Assembly: GCF_009914755.1 (NCBI RefSeq)
Contig: NC_060925.1
From: the human T2T-CHM13v2.0 reference genome, Homo sapiens
Direction: 5' to 3' (one strand)
Length of the DNA stretch: 64,000 nucleotides
Under the pieces are notes generated by a model, which ran no database searches, was not told where the DNA came from, and saw only the letters and a program-made list of their open reading frames with translations. This document shows positions 18,141-33,989 of the stretch, in pieces (positions within the stretch are counted from its first letter, which is position 1; each line of letters opens with the position of its first letter). The translations under genes were made by a program, and so were the position numbers.

Positions 18141-21029
18141 CCCCGCCATAGCCAGGAGAGGGGATCCTATGGGGCGCTGAGATCTGGTCGCCTTCACCCC
18201 ACACCTAGGACCCGTCCCGGCATCTGTCCAGAGCTGTCGGAGCTTCCTCCATTAATGCAGACGGGGAGATCTTCAGTGCCAGATGTCTGGGATTCTACCA
18301 GAGACAGGGGTTATGGGACCCCCACTTCTCCCAGGGCCCTCCGCCAAGAGCTCCCTGCTTCTGGCTTCACCGCTGCTGAGCCTAGAAGGATTGCTCCTCT
18401 TGACCCCTGGCGGATGCGGAGTGTGGGATGGCACCACCCGTCTGGGGCTGGAACTCCTGGTTTTCTTTGCCCTGAGGCTAGGGCCAGAGGACACCTGTGT
18501 GCCCTACCCCAGGCTGTGGAGACGAGAGTGGGGAAGAGCCCTTAGACCTTGTGAAGATGATTCCTGGCAGGGCGTGGGGGGACCTTGGTGCCTGCCTCCC
18601 TTCTTATGCCCCTTCCGGTAGGAAGGGCTGGGCCCTTGGGGAGTTTGGCTTCTGCCAGCCCAGACTCCCCAGACAACCCAGCTCCTTCTCTCTCAGAAGC
18701 AGCTCCTGACCTCCCTTGAGGGCTCTGTGGCTCCAGTCCCTAAGCGTGCAGAAGGCCACCTCTTCCTGTGCCTTTTGACCCCAGGGTCAAGGTCAAGCCC
18801 CTGAATGAGCTGGTGGAAAACTTCCTCCTTAACCTCTTGCTGGGAAGGAAGCAGGTGATATTCTCCTTCCCAGGTGGTTGTTGGGGGTATGCAGGGAGGG
18901 AATGGAGACCTCATTTGAGCCCAGGAGCTGAGATGACTTTCTCCCAGCTTGGGCCTGGAGCCCCTGTCTCAGTCCCCTCCTCTGCCCTCTCTTACCTAGG
19001 GCAGCCACCAAGTGTCCTGCCTCTCAGGACCACAGGCTTAGATCAGGGTGAGCACCCAGGGTCCCCAGCCCCCAGGGTGTGCTGCCCCTTTAAAGGGATG
19101 GCCGACACTGGCTATTGGAGGGTGGGCGCGGCAGGATTAGGTAACCAACCTGAAGGAGCAATTTGGAGTAAATTGCTCTGGGATTCCTGCCATGGGGATT
19201 TTACAGGCACTGCTAGGCTGCTCAGAGGTTCTCTCGCTGACTCACCCTCTGAGGTGAGGAACACTGCCCTCTGCAGCCCCTGTACTGCCACCCCGCTACT
19301 AGGACCGGGGCGCAAGGTCCTGGGGGTGGTGCTCAGAGGTGGATTCCTTTGCCCAGGCACGCCCCTGGGACCAGGCCTCCAAAGGAGAAGGTAGGGCTGG
19401 GAGAGGCTGGGGAGAGACTTTATGCTGATAGGGAGGGTGGACACCCAGGAGCTCGATCCTGGGGCACCACTTCCTGCTTCTCTTTAGGGAATCCTGAGGC
19501 AGGGGCCAGCTTCACCAGGGAGCCAGGTTTAACTGGGAAACTCATCTCAGTTTTGAGTTCTGTAACATCTCAGGTCTGTGAGAGGGGAAGACCAGCGGAC
19601 TTCCTGGGATTGGTGGGGCAGGGGGACGCAATTTCCTCAGGAGCTTCGCTCCAGAAACGATGTGTGATCCTCAGTCAGTCCTCAGCCTGTCTGGGCCTCT
19701 GCTTCTCCAGTGGCAAGTGCTAGGTTCTAGCCTCCACTTCCTGGGCCTGAGAGGGTGCAGAGCGCTGGGTACTGTTGTCTGGTCCCCCCTCCCCCACTCC
19801 TGGAGGTGCCAGGCGACTGGGTGTTATTGTTTGGGTAACAGGAGCCACAGGGCAGCCACGGCGCAGGTTGGGCTGTTCTCACTGGAGAACAGGGCCTCGC
19901 TGTTCTTAGCCCAGGTGACATGTAAGCGATACAGCCGCCTGACCTGCACGTACAGGCACCACCACTGCTGGCAGCTCCTAGCCAGGAAGGAGGCAGGTGA
20001 GGGGCTGGTGGGGGACTTTTCACAGGGACCTAGGATCTGGACTGCCCTGCCCTCCCTTAATGCTGCTGAAAATGGGCCGCTGGGAGGCAGGGCCTGGCCC
20101 AGGGTGCAGCCCAGGTGGAGTAATCTATGGGAAGCGTGGGTGAGGATTCTGCCTGGGCCTCGCTTAGCCCTGTTGAAAGCAGTAGCCTTGTCCCCAGGCC
20201 CAGTTCTGCCACATACAGAGCTTTACTATGTGCCACCCATTCTGCCTTACGAATGTCACCCCACTTTAATTCTCACAACAGCTTCTCAAGATAGGGATTA
20301 TTACCCCTGTTTTCAGATGGGACAACTGAAAACTCAGGCTTATGTGTTAATATCAGAGCCAGGATTGGAACCAAGATCTCTCTCTTCCACCAAGTGGGAG
20401 AGAGGCTCAGGGATGGGGAAGGGCTGGAGCCACACTAGCCCAGGTGGAAGGTGCTCCAAGAGAGGCTCCGGATGTTGGCGGACTCTCCTTATCCTGCAAG
20501 GCCCTCGTCCAGTCTTTGCCGAGGGCTGGCAGTGCCAGCCAGCCCTGGCACCTGGCCCCCAGCCTCCAGCAGTGAGCAGGGCTGCCAATGCTGGGCTCAG
20601 AACCCAGCTCCTGGGGCTGCTTCCTGCCTGTGGGGCACGTGCTGTCCTTCTCCATCTGCTGCCCAGCTTCTCCAGACGCTGCCCTGGGCCCCTCTTTCTA
20701 AGACAGAGTTGCTTGGGTGGGAAGGAATGATGCCAGTTGGAACCCATTTCTGACATCTCAGAACTGGGGGCAGTGGTCTGGGGCCCTGGGCATCTGTCCT
20801 CATGAGCAGTGCTCTCTGAGGAAGAGGGAGGAGTGTGGGTCTTCAACCTCTAAGAGGCCAAAGGACTCCTAAGACAAAGTCCTTCATTCAGTACTCTGCA
20901 AGGTCAGCACCATTGTCCCCATTCAGTCATTTATTTAGCACTTAGGTGATAAGTACTATTTCAGACAACAAAGTGCAGATGTCAGCAAGACACACCTGCC
21001 CTCGTGATACAGATGAGGAAACTGAGACT

Positions 21030-21683
<654 letters not shown>

Positions 21684-23474
21684 GTGATATGACAGACCCA
21701 AGGGCAGAATAAGTGGCTGGCAGAGCTAGGATTAGTGGCTGTATCTTTGTGGCTGCACAGCTGTGTTCTTTCAAGGATTGCTATGCAGCAGTCAGGCCAG
21801 AGGGGCAGATGACCCCGGACCCAGGACCCAGGCTCTGAGTGGGAAGCCAGCACCCCACAACCCCCCTGACCCCCCTACCAGTCTGTTCTCCAGGGCTGCC
21901 TGTTCCCTTACTCTTACAGGTTTGGCGTTCCATAAGAATGACACCCAAGCCAGAGATCCAGGGAGTAGAGGCAGCCAGACTGCCTTAGAGCGGGGGGTCC
22001 CTAAGTCATCCAGGCCACTGCTCAAGAAACCCACACCTCTAGGTACACCTACCCCTTCCTCCCCACCCTCAGTAGGCTTGCAGCCACGTGACTTTGGGTT
22101 ATGGTCACATGTCTGCCACCTGCCTGCTGAGGGACCTCGGTGAGTCCCTTAACTCTCCTGAGCCTCATCTGAAAAATAGGAGTAATAGAACCTGCTCTGG
22201 CCTCCTTGCTGTCTTTGCTGGGTTGAACTTTCACTGGATAAACCACATGCTGGACTCTGGCTGGGTGCCAAGATGTTGATGATGGACAAGCCATGGCCCC
22301 TTCCCGAGTTAACCTGCAGCATGCTTAGGTTATGGGGGTAGAGAGGAGGGAGGAAAGAACATGAGGCTGTGTGGACAGGGGTGACATTTGAATTCAGTCC
22401 TGATAAAAGATCAGGAGTTTGCCAAAGTGACAAGGCAGGAAAGGCTTTCTTGGTAGAGGAAGCCACCATACAAATGCTGGGGATATAAAATAGACTGTTT
22501 TCAGGGTCTGTGGTTGTTCAGTTTAGCTCAAAAATAGGGCCCAATGATAAGAATGGCTATTGTTTGTAGGCCAGTTACATGTCAGGTGTATATATTTATA
22601 GGCATTATTTCATTTGCTTCTTGCCGCCACCATTGAGGTATGTTACTTTGATCCGCATTTCACAGATGAGGAAACTGAAGCCCCAGTAAATGAACTAACC
22701 TTCTAGGGGTCACGCAGGTGGTAGAAGCCAGAATTTGAACCCACAAGGTCAGGTTGCAAAACCTACATTCCTAGTTATTGTGCTGGGCAGTTGAAGATGA
22801 TGGCCTTGATTTCTATGCTAAGGAGCTGGGACTTGATTCTACAGGCAGTGGAAGCCACAGAGGGGTTTGGGGCCTGGTACATAGAAGGTTCTCAGCAAAT
22901 GTTGACTGAGTGAGTTGAGTGCAGCAGTTGCACTTGATTTTAGGAATGATGAGGGTTTGGAGTGGGGAAGGCTGTGGGGCAGGGAGCTGGTGGGTAGGCT
23001 GTTCTGATCATCTGCAGGAATTATGTCAAGAGTCTAGAATGCTGGGTGAAGTGGAGCTCAGTCTACAAAAGCATCCCTACCACAGCCCAGCCCCTGGGCC
23101 CTGACCAACCCATCCCTTCTCCCCAGGCTGCTGAGAGATGACAGTGTGTGTATGGATGTGTGCATGGAGGGGCCTGTAGAACATTTGGCCCCTGGGGAGA
23201 GATTAGGGGCATTAAAGGGGCTCAGGGGGCAGGATGTCCTGGGAGTGGCAATGGGGAGCTGTTCCAGGGGCAGGGAGATTATGTAATGGGTAGAGCACAG
23301 CTGTGCCTACCCAGCTGTAGCCAAGCAGGGCTACAGCTGCCCCATGGACCCAGCTCCTGGCTCCAAAGTCCAGATCCAGACCTGTTCTAGAGCAGGCCTT
23401 CCTAGCTGTTGGGAACCTCCTGTCTGCCTCACCACACTCTCCCTGTTCTAGGAGGGGTGGGGCAATTTCTTTCA

Positions 23475-24200
<726 letters not shown>

Positions 24201-24877
24201 TTAGCCCCAAGCCCTCGTCTCTGCCCTCGTGGGACTCCCCATTTATTAGGAAGGGCAGGCCTGTGTGTAAATAGTCCCTGCAGTGGGACAAGTGCTACAA
24301 TGAAGGCTGAAGTGGAGGCAGCAGTCATTCTGCCTGGCAAGGTCAGGGGAGGGGTCCCAGAGTGGGGCAGGGCAAGGATAGCCACCATCTCTGGGTTGCA
24401 CGCTTTCCCAGACTTTGTCTCCTTCCACCCTTGCAGCAACTCTGGGAAGTCAGTGTAACTACCCCACCCCATGTTACAGATGGGGAAACTGAGTCCTCTC
24501 ACAGTTGACTAGTTTGTACAAGGTTTGTATCTGGTAGAGCTGGAAGCCACACATGACCCTTCCCTTCTCCCTGGGAGGAGGTGACATTTGAACTAAGTCT
24601 TCAGAGATGAAGTGTTTGCCAGGCAGACAGCATGAGGGTCAGAATGCTGGTCCCTGGGAATATTCTGCCTGAGTCATGAGGCGCCATTGCCAGAATACTT
24701 GGTCCCTGTGCCTACACCATGAAAGTGGAGGTGGAGGGACCCACCCAGGACTCCTGCCCTACCACCATGGCCTCCATGGCTATTGGGAGCACCTAAGGGT
24801 GGGGGTGCCCCACAGAGTCTTTCTCCCAAGCGTGTAAGTTCTGACAGTGCTCCCCCAATCTCCTTTCTCTTTTCCAG

Positions 24878-24922
24878 AATGGACAGACCTCAGGGGAAGA
24901 AGCTGGACTTCAGCCGTCCAAG
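24878..24922 (+). CDS. RPS6KA1: RSK1 exon 2 (NGQTSGEEAGLQPSK)
   Basis: Pyrimidine tract ttttccag acceptor; AAG|GTGAGG donor; 45 nt. Confidence 0.96.
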
Positions 24923-27900
24923 GTGAGGACCATGGCCAGCACCCTGAGCGAGGGGCTGTGGGGGATCCTGTTTGCATGGCTTTGGAGGAGGTTGAGGGCT
25001 CCAGCCTCTAGCCCCTTTGCCCAACTCAGCCGTCCTTCTCAGGGCCCACCGAATCCTTGTGGCAACCCTGGGCATAGAAATCACTTGTTCCAACCTTCCT
25101 ATTTTGTAGGTGAGGCGACTGTGGCCCAGAAAGGGTCAGGAGCAGAATCCAGGTCAGGGCTCTGGTTACCTGTCACCCAGGCCAGGATGCCCCTGCAGTT
25201 TATTTACTCATGGAATTTGGGCTGGCTCTAAGGAGTGATGGGAGGGGCTCAGGCCAGCTGTCCTGCTCCTTTTGGTAGAGCTGCGCTTGCCAAGAGCCTG
25301 GAAGTGAGCATCTGGGCACGTGAGCTGGAAAGGGGGTGCTGGTGGCCGCTCAAGGCTAACCAGGCCCATTGCCTGGCATGTGGCACTCATGGCATTTCTT
25401 AGGGCTTCCACTTCCCAGTGTGAGGGTCATTCCCTCACCCCTGCTATCTCTGCTTCCCCTGGGCCCCTTCCTGTAGCCCCCTAGCCCCTGTTGCTGGTTT
25501 TGTGTTTTGCCAGAAGCACCAGGACTAGGTGACAGTGGTGTGACCTTGGGGAGGTTCCTTGTACACTCTGGGCCTTGGCTTTCTCATCTGTATATTGGAA
25601 AAGACCACATCCCCTTCACAGGGTGGCTGTGAGGTCACAGGAGATGCTGGCTATGGAGGGTCTTTGGAAGCTGCTTAGGCAGGGACAGAGCATGGTGTTA
25701 GAGCAAATCCGGGTTCCAGTCCTGGCTCCATCCCCACCATTTAACCAGAAGCTCTTCTCCCTTCTGAGTCTCAGTTTCCTGAGCTGTAAGTTGGGGAAAC
25801 AGTGTCTGTCTCACAGGAGCAATGTGAAGGACGATGAGATAGTAACTGCCTGGCACATGGCAGCTTCGGTGCCAGCACCGAAAATGTCCTAGTATATTGC
25901 TCAGCTCAGCTTCCTGCCAGTGACCCCACCTTCCAGACCTAGGTTGGCTTGAACACCAGACCTGCCATAAGCTTGACCTTTGAGATGGATGCAGGATTAG
26001 TCCTGATGTTTACCTTGACTCAGCTTCCTAAGATGAGGTGACTGAGCTGGGTAGGATAGGGCAGGTGAGGGAAGTATTCTCGCACCACTTCTCTGTGGGT
26101 TGCTGTGGCAACCTTGGACCAGCAGAGGCCAGTAAATAGTGTGGACTGGGCCCCTTGGTTTAGCTCAGCCCATGTCTGCAGAATCTCCTCCCACAAAGTA
26201 GCTACCTCTTGTTGCCTAGTAACAAAATGAAGAACTGTAGGTTCCCAGTGAAGAAACACGGTGTTCAGATCTCAGGGCTGAGGTTCTGGGGGTTGCAGAG
26301 GAGCTTGCAGCATTTAGGGACCTGTGCTGAGTACAGCTTCTCACCTCAAGAACTGGAGGAGCTTACTGGGAGATGGCAGGAGCTTGCCGAGGCAGGTAAC
26401 CTTTTGCTCCCAAGCCTATGACTCTTGCTCTAGAGCAGAAGATCCTGGGGTAGGAAGAGAGACAGGGCTGGAGATGGATGGGACATGGAGTCTCGAATGC
26501 CACTTAAGGAAGAGAAAGAGCTTAACCTATGCCTAGCATCATACCAGGTGCTTTGCATTTAGTTCTAACTACATCCTTGGAGGTAGATTGTTACTGTCCC
26601 CATTTTACAGATGAGAAAATTGAGGTTCAACATCACATAGCTGGTGGGCAATGAAGACAAGTCTTGTTTGGCTTCAAGGTCATTCCTCATAGTCCAGAGA
26701 ACCCTGAGTGCTGAAGAGGAGGAGCACTGGCTTTCTGTGATTCCAAGTGGGACCAGTCCTGGGCACCTGCTCATCCATCTGTTGTCCCAGCCACCAGTGT
26801 CCCTAATGCCCACTTCTGGGCTTAATACACCAGGGGGCGCTCAACCTGTGGTCCGGACCTCATCACTTTGTGCAGTGGAATGAGCTGGCAATGGGCCACT
26901 TTATCCTAATCAGACATTCGGTGCACCCTGTTGTTCACAGGAGGGCCTAAAATGAAGTCAATATCCCCCACCTTCGAGAAGCTTCCAATCTTTGGGCAGA
27001 GGGTAGAGACAGGAAAGCCATGTGGTAGGCGCTATGATGGGGCAAGAGCACAGCTGTGGGCACATAGAACCTCTGCTCTGTGCTAGGCCCATGTTGGGCA
27101 GAGACGTATACCACCACCTTCCAGGTGCCCACATTTCTCTCCGTAGCATGACGAGATGAGCACGTCCCCGGGAACCCAGCTGATGGCATCTGAGTTCAGG
27201 GCTGAGTGTGGACCAGAGACATGGTCATTGCCGTGCATGGCCGAGGAAGAAGAGTTGGGGTGGGCTCTAGGGCACAGGCCATGTTCCCTGCGGAACTGGC
27301 ATTTGGCTGGGACTCAAAAGGCAGGATTTGGGCAGCTGGAGAAAGAATTGGGCCTTCCAGGTGGCAAAGAGGCAGGGAAGAGAGTCAGGGATTCTGAGTT
27401 CAGAATCCTGCACCTATTTTTTATTTGCCTTGTAACCTTGGGCAAGTCATTTGCCTTGCTGAGGCTCGGGTTCTTTCCTGAAAAATGAAAGGAGAATAAA
27501 GCCTATTTCTCAGGGCTACCTGGAAAAGAGAATGTGGTACATATAAATTAAAGTATCTAACAGGGCTTGTGGCACAATGTTGCTGTTTAATGCTTGTTTA
27601 TTTTATTCATTTCAGGCAGAAAGCGGGATTTGGGATTTGGGATTTGGCTTTTAGCAGCAATAGTGTGGATAGCCATCCAGGGTGAGAACTCTCTGGATCC
27701 CCTCAGCACCTAGGTGCACGTGGTACCCTAAGGCACACCGGGGCTCCATTTGCCCTCCCTCCCTTCTGGGAGTGGACTGGGCATCCCAGGCCCCCTCCCC
27801 CAGCTATCTCCGGAGCTGGACCCCTTTGAAGCGCCTGCAGGTCTATTTTGAGAGCTGAGCGTCTCCCCTCCCCTCCTCTCTTCCTGTTTATGAAACCCTG

Positions 27901-28517
27901 ATCCCTCCCGGATCCCTCATGCTCCCCTGGCCAGAGCTTAGGCAGGATGTGACTGTGGACTTCAGGGAGCCTTGGGCAGCCTCAGGTGTTGGGAGGAACT
28001 TCCCTTGGCCTGGTCAGAGAAGGCCAGCCACCCTCCTAGTACCTGGGGCCCTGTGGCTGGGCTCTGTCCCTTCAGCCTGCCCAGGGGAGACCCCACAGCA
28101 GTAAGACTAAGTAAACCTGGGAGAAGTTCTGTTTCCAACATCCCCTTGTCTCTGTGGCCCATTTTGCTTCTAGAAACAATCTGAGAGTGGAGCATATTGT
28201 TCTAACCTTCATTTTACAGAGGAGGAAACCGAGGTTCAGACAGGGAAACAGATTTGCCCGGGAGCACCCAGCTAGTGAGTGGCCAGCTCTTCCTGACTTC
28301 CCACTCTACCCTCCTGGCCTTAAGCCCCTTGGTCACACAGGTCTTTCTCTACCTGGAGTGTCTTTTTTTCCTCCTTTCTGCCTGGCCAACATTTGTTCAT
28401 CCTCAGGACCCAGCTGGGCTGCCCCTCTCTGGAAGGTCTTTCTTGACTTCATGCACTGGCAAATAGTCACCACCTCTGGGCACCCACAACACCTTGATTA
28501 TGGCTGTCTCAGGATAG

Positions 28518-29542
<1,025 letters not shown>

Positions 29543-31114
29543 TCAATCAGTAGGAGGCACACTTACCATCATCTCTCCATGCCAGTCCTGACCTAGTGTT
29601 GGAGGCCAGCTCCCCCTCAAGGCTGCCAGGGAGCTGTGGACCCCTCCTCACCTGCCTGGAGGCACGCTGGGAGATGTGTCTGAGGACATCTGTCCCACTG
29701 AGGGAGGGGGTAGCGCCTGGAAGGGCCCTGCAAATGCTGCCAGCTGGGGAAGGGGCTTTTGGTGTCCGTTAGGGCCAGGATTGGCAGGTGGGCTTGGCTA
29801 CAGCTGGCAGGGTGGGAACCCTAGAGACCACGGATCAGGCCTGGGGGCTCTGGGCTTCTCTTCCAGCTGCCCTGTAGGAGGAAGTAAATAAAGAGGAAGT
29901 CCCTATGCGGGGGATGGGGCAGGGACCAAGGGATGTGGGCTGGTGGCTGTCCTCCCCCCGCCCGCCACCAGAGGCCTCAGGGCCCACACAGCCTTCAGCA
30001 AAGGCAGTTCTGAGACTGTTTCCTTCCTGTTGCCCCTTCTGGTACCCTGCTGGCCACAGAGGCTCGTGTGGACTAGGCCCCTTGGTTTATCTCAGCCCCT
30101 GTCTGGAGAGTCTCCTCCCACAAAGTAGCTACCTCTCTACCTTCTTTGCATCTGAGGGACCAGGGGTTGGTAGGGAGGGTGAGCTTTGGGGCTTCCGAGA
30201 GCTGCCCCAGCCTCCAAACCCCTGTCTGAGGAAGCTGGAGAGCAATGAGAGGCTTGGCTGAGGGAGGCATCTTTCACAATCTCCCGGCAGCCATCCACCC
30301 GCAGAGACTCTGCAAGGACAGGGAAGGGGAAGTCCGTGTGTGCGTGGGGGCATGTGTTTCTGCATAGGGGTTGTCTGCGGACAGGGTTTCCGATCATCGG
30401 CCTGAGTGTGTGTGTGTGCATGTCAGTGCCTGTGCTGTGCTGGTATGAGTGATGAAATGAGGCCACGTAGAAAGGGGCTGGGCCTGGTCAACCCCTGCCC
30501 CATAGCTGCCTGCTCCTCCTCTCAGACCTCTGTGAGGTCCTTGGTCAGGCTTTCTGCCCGCCTTACCCATCCTGGGGCTTGGGACTGGCAGCCTTCTTCG
30601 GGGCAGCTGAGCAGGGCAGGACCGGAGGGGGGCCACTGGTGCCTGCTTTCTGGGCTGCCATTGTGGGTGGGCATAGCCATGGGAAGGATGCTATGGAGGG
30701 GTGGGACACAGTATCTAAGCTCTGGACTGGACAGTCGGACAGTGGCCTTTGCTGACTTTTGCCCCACATTCTCTCAGGTCCTCCCCTCACGTGGATGTTT
30801 GCGGGTGCTGATATGCCCACTGTGACACTGCGTTATCGCCTTGTGACTTTTGTCTCTGCTCTTGTCTCTCCTCCTTAGAGTCAGAGGACATAGGGAGAGG
30901 TGTGCCCCTGGGCCTTCCCTGGGGTCATGGGCTTGGGGTCTGCAGTGTCCCCTCCTCTATAGAGGAGCCTGACCCATCATCTGCCCCTCCTCCCTGCAGA
31001 GGGGGAAGTGAGAAGGAGGGGGGCCAGAGACCCTGCCTTCTGGGCCAGGAAGGCTAAAAAAAGCAGAAGTAAGAAGAGTAACGGGGCCCTCTGGTCACCG
31101 GCTTGAGCCCCACC

Positions 31115-31174
31115 ATGCAGACCCCAGCAGATTTCCCCAGGGTTGAGAGAGACTTGGTTCCCTGTCCCAGAAAG
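31115..31174 (+). CDS. RPS6KA1: Alternative first coding exon (MQTPADFPRVERDLVPCPRK); would give a 719-aa isoform
   Basis: CACCATGC start context; 60 nt open; AAG|GTGAGC donor in phase 0, compatible with exon 3. Matches my recollection of a described RSK1 N-terminal variant. Confidence 0.8.
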
Positions 31175-32131
31175 GTGAGCAGAAGAGTCGCCTGCCTCCA
31201 GCGGTGTCTGTCACCATGACTGGGCAAGGAATGGGTTTGGGGGTGGCTCTGTCCCTTGGGATTTCTGGGTGGTTTCCTGTCTCTGTCCCCAGGGAGTGCT
31301 CTCAGTCAGAGGCAGACAGGTGAGGTGGAGGTTCAGATCTCAGGGTGGGGTGTGCAGGTATTGCCATGTGGGCTTGGCCCCCTCTTAGTCCCTCTTTGAG
31401 CCAGGCTTTCTGCCTGTCCCGCCAGGAGGTTACACTCAGGGGTCTGATTTGACTGCAGTTTTGTGGTGTTTTTGTGGGGCTGTTCCACCCACTCCTCCAT
31501 CTGTCAGGAAGGGTTAGGTATCTTCCCCTGAAGATAAGATTGTGTCTCCGAGGGCCAGGACCTACAGTGGGAGGTCACAGACGGACCCTAGTACTGAAGG
31601 AGAAGGGGTTTTAGGCAGATGTGGGTGGGCAGGACGTGGCTCTGGCTGATTGACCTGCCCACACTTTCCTGGCATTTGATGCCTGCTGACCCCAGGCCAG
31701 GCAGTAAGCAGGGAGGCGCCTGGGTCCAAGCTACCTCTGCCACTGTTTGCTTTGAGCCTTGGTGAGTCACTGTCTTCTGGGCCTCAGTTTCCTATTCCTG
31801 GAATGAGGATAACAGTTTTTAGGATATGATCAGAGTCAAAGACATCAGATTGCACTCAGGAGATAGTCCTCTCAGCTACTGTCTGGGTCCCCCTCAGGTC
31901 TTGGCATAGGAGGAAAATCCTAGGGAAATGGGAGATCTCAGAGGTGGGTCTGCAAGAAATACGAGAGTCCTCTCCTGAGTGGTGGGAGTTTGCAGATTGT
32001 CTCCCCTCATCTCTTTCCCCACCCCAGGTACAGCAGCAAGAACCCACAGCTCTGCCCTTAACCCCTTCCTGGGGATCCCTGCCCTGCTGCCTGCCCGTGT
32101 GTCTGCCAGGTGTCAGACCTATCTGCCCTAG

Positions 32132-32726
<595 letters not shown>

Positions 32727-33117
32727 TGCCTGTTGGGTTTATGTCCCCTTCTGTCATTGCCTGTTGGGTTGGTATTCTCTTCTGTCTCTGCCTATTGGAG
32801 ATGTGTTCCTCCTGCCTTTGCCTGTTGGGTACATGTCCCCATCTGTCTTTACCTATTGGGTATATGTCCCCATCTGTCTCTGGCTGTTGGGCTTGTGTCC
32901 CTATCTGCCTACACACATTGGGGATGAGTCTCTGTCCACCTCTGTCTGTTAGATATGAGTCCCCTCCTGCTTCCCCTTGTCAGGTACGTGTCTCCATCTG
33001 TTTTCTATTGGATATGAATTCCTCCTGCCTCTGCCTGTTGGGTGCGTGTCCTTATCCTCCATCCCTGCCTGTTGGGTATGTGTTCTCTCCTGCCCCTGCC
33101 TGTTGGATGCCATTCTT

Positions 33118-33413
33118 TCTTTTTCTTTTTTTTTTTTTTTGAGATGGAGTCTTGCTCTGCCACCCAGGCTGGAGTGCAGTGGCGCTATCTCGGCTCACTG
33201 CAAGCTCCGCCTTCCAGGTTCATGCCATTCTCCTGCCTCAGCTCCCGAATAGCTGGGACTACAGGAGCTGACCACCACGCCTGGCCAATTTTTTTTTTTT
33301 TTTGTATTTTTAGTAGAGACAGGGTTTCATCATGTTAACCAGGATCGTCTCGATCTCCTGACCTCATGATCCGCCCGCCTCAGCCTCCCAAAGTGCTGGG
33401 ATTACAGGCATGA
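33118..33413 (-). mobile_element. AluY-like within the minisatellite
   Basis: TSD tggatgccattctt at 33104-33117 and 33414-33427. Confidence 0.92.
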
Positions 33414-33569
33414 TGGATGCCATTCTTACCTGTTTCCACCTGTTGGGTGCCTGCTTCTGCCTGTTGGGTGTCTCTCTTCGTCTGCCTCCACATATCAGGC
33501 ACCTGTCTTTGTCTGTTGGGTACCTGTTTGCTATTGGGTACCTCTCTGCTGTTGGGTACCAGTCTGCTC

Positions 33570-33850
33570 AGCAGCTGCATTGGCAGGGGACTTTCCCTTT
33601 GTAGGCCCACAGGGAGGATGGGGGAACGGCCAGAGGGCAGCCCTCAGGCTCTGAGGAGAGGGGGAGAGAGAGGAAGGGAACGTGGTGAGGGTGTAGGCCT
33701 GGTGCTGGGAAACCACAGGCCCTGAGTGATTGGCTGCCCTGGGCCAGGCCCAGCCCCCGCCCTTACCCTGCACATCCGCCTTGGTCCCGGCCACCACTGC
33801 GGCAGCCCCGGACTCTGCCTGCTCCTGCCATGGTGCCGTGGCCCTGCTGG
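33570..33850 (+). promoter_or_regulatory. Internal promoter for the MEQDPK isoform
   Basis: GGGGACTTTCCC (kB) 33586-33597, AACCACA (RUNX) 33711-33717, inverted CCAAT 33729-33733, and a CCCCGCCC GC box at ~33755, all directly before the alternative first exon. Confidence 0.7.
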
Positions 33851-33854
33851 GCGG

Positions 33855-33989
33855 ATGGAGCAGGATCCCAAGCCGCCCCGTCTGCGGCTCTGGGCCCTGA
33901 TCCCCTGGCTTCCCAGGAAGCAGCGGCCCAGGATCAGCCAGACCTCTCTGCCTGTCCCTGGCCCTGGCTCTGGCCCCCAGCGGGACTCG
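33855..33989 (+). CDS. RPS6KA1: Alternative first coding exon (MEQDPKPPRLRLW...GPQRDS), RSK1 isoform 2/b, 744 aa
   Basis: 135 nt open; TCG|GTGAGT donor in phase 0 to exon 3; recognised isoform N-terminus. Confidence 0.93.

Noticed and set aside
17313-18621. Several overlapping 100-200 aa ORFs on both strands
   Set aside because: These are expected from stop-codon scarcity in the CpG island; only 17873-17935 has splice and homology support.
19660-20730. 356-aa ORF, the longest in the track
   Set aside because: It is intronic, runs through MIR-like sequence, has no recognisable domain, and has the L/P/G/R/W bias typical of chance ORFs in GC-rich DNA.
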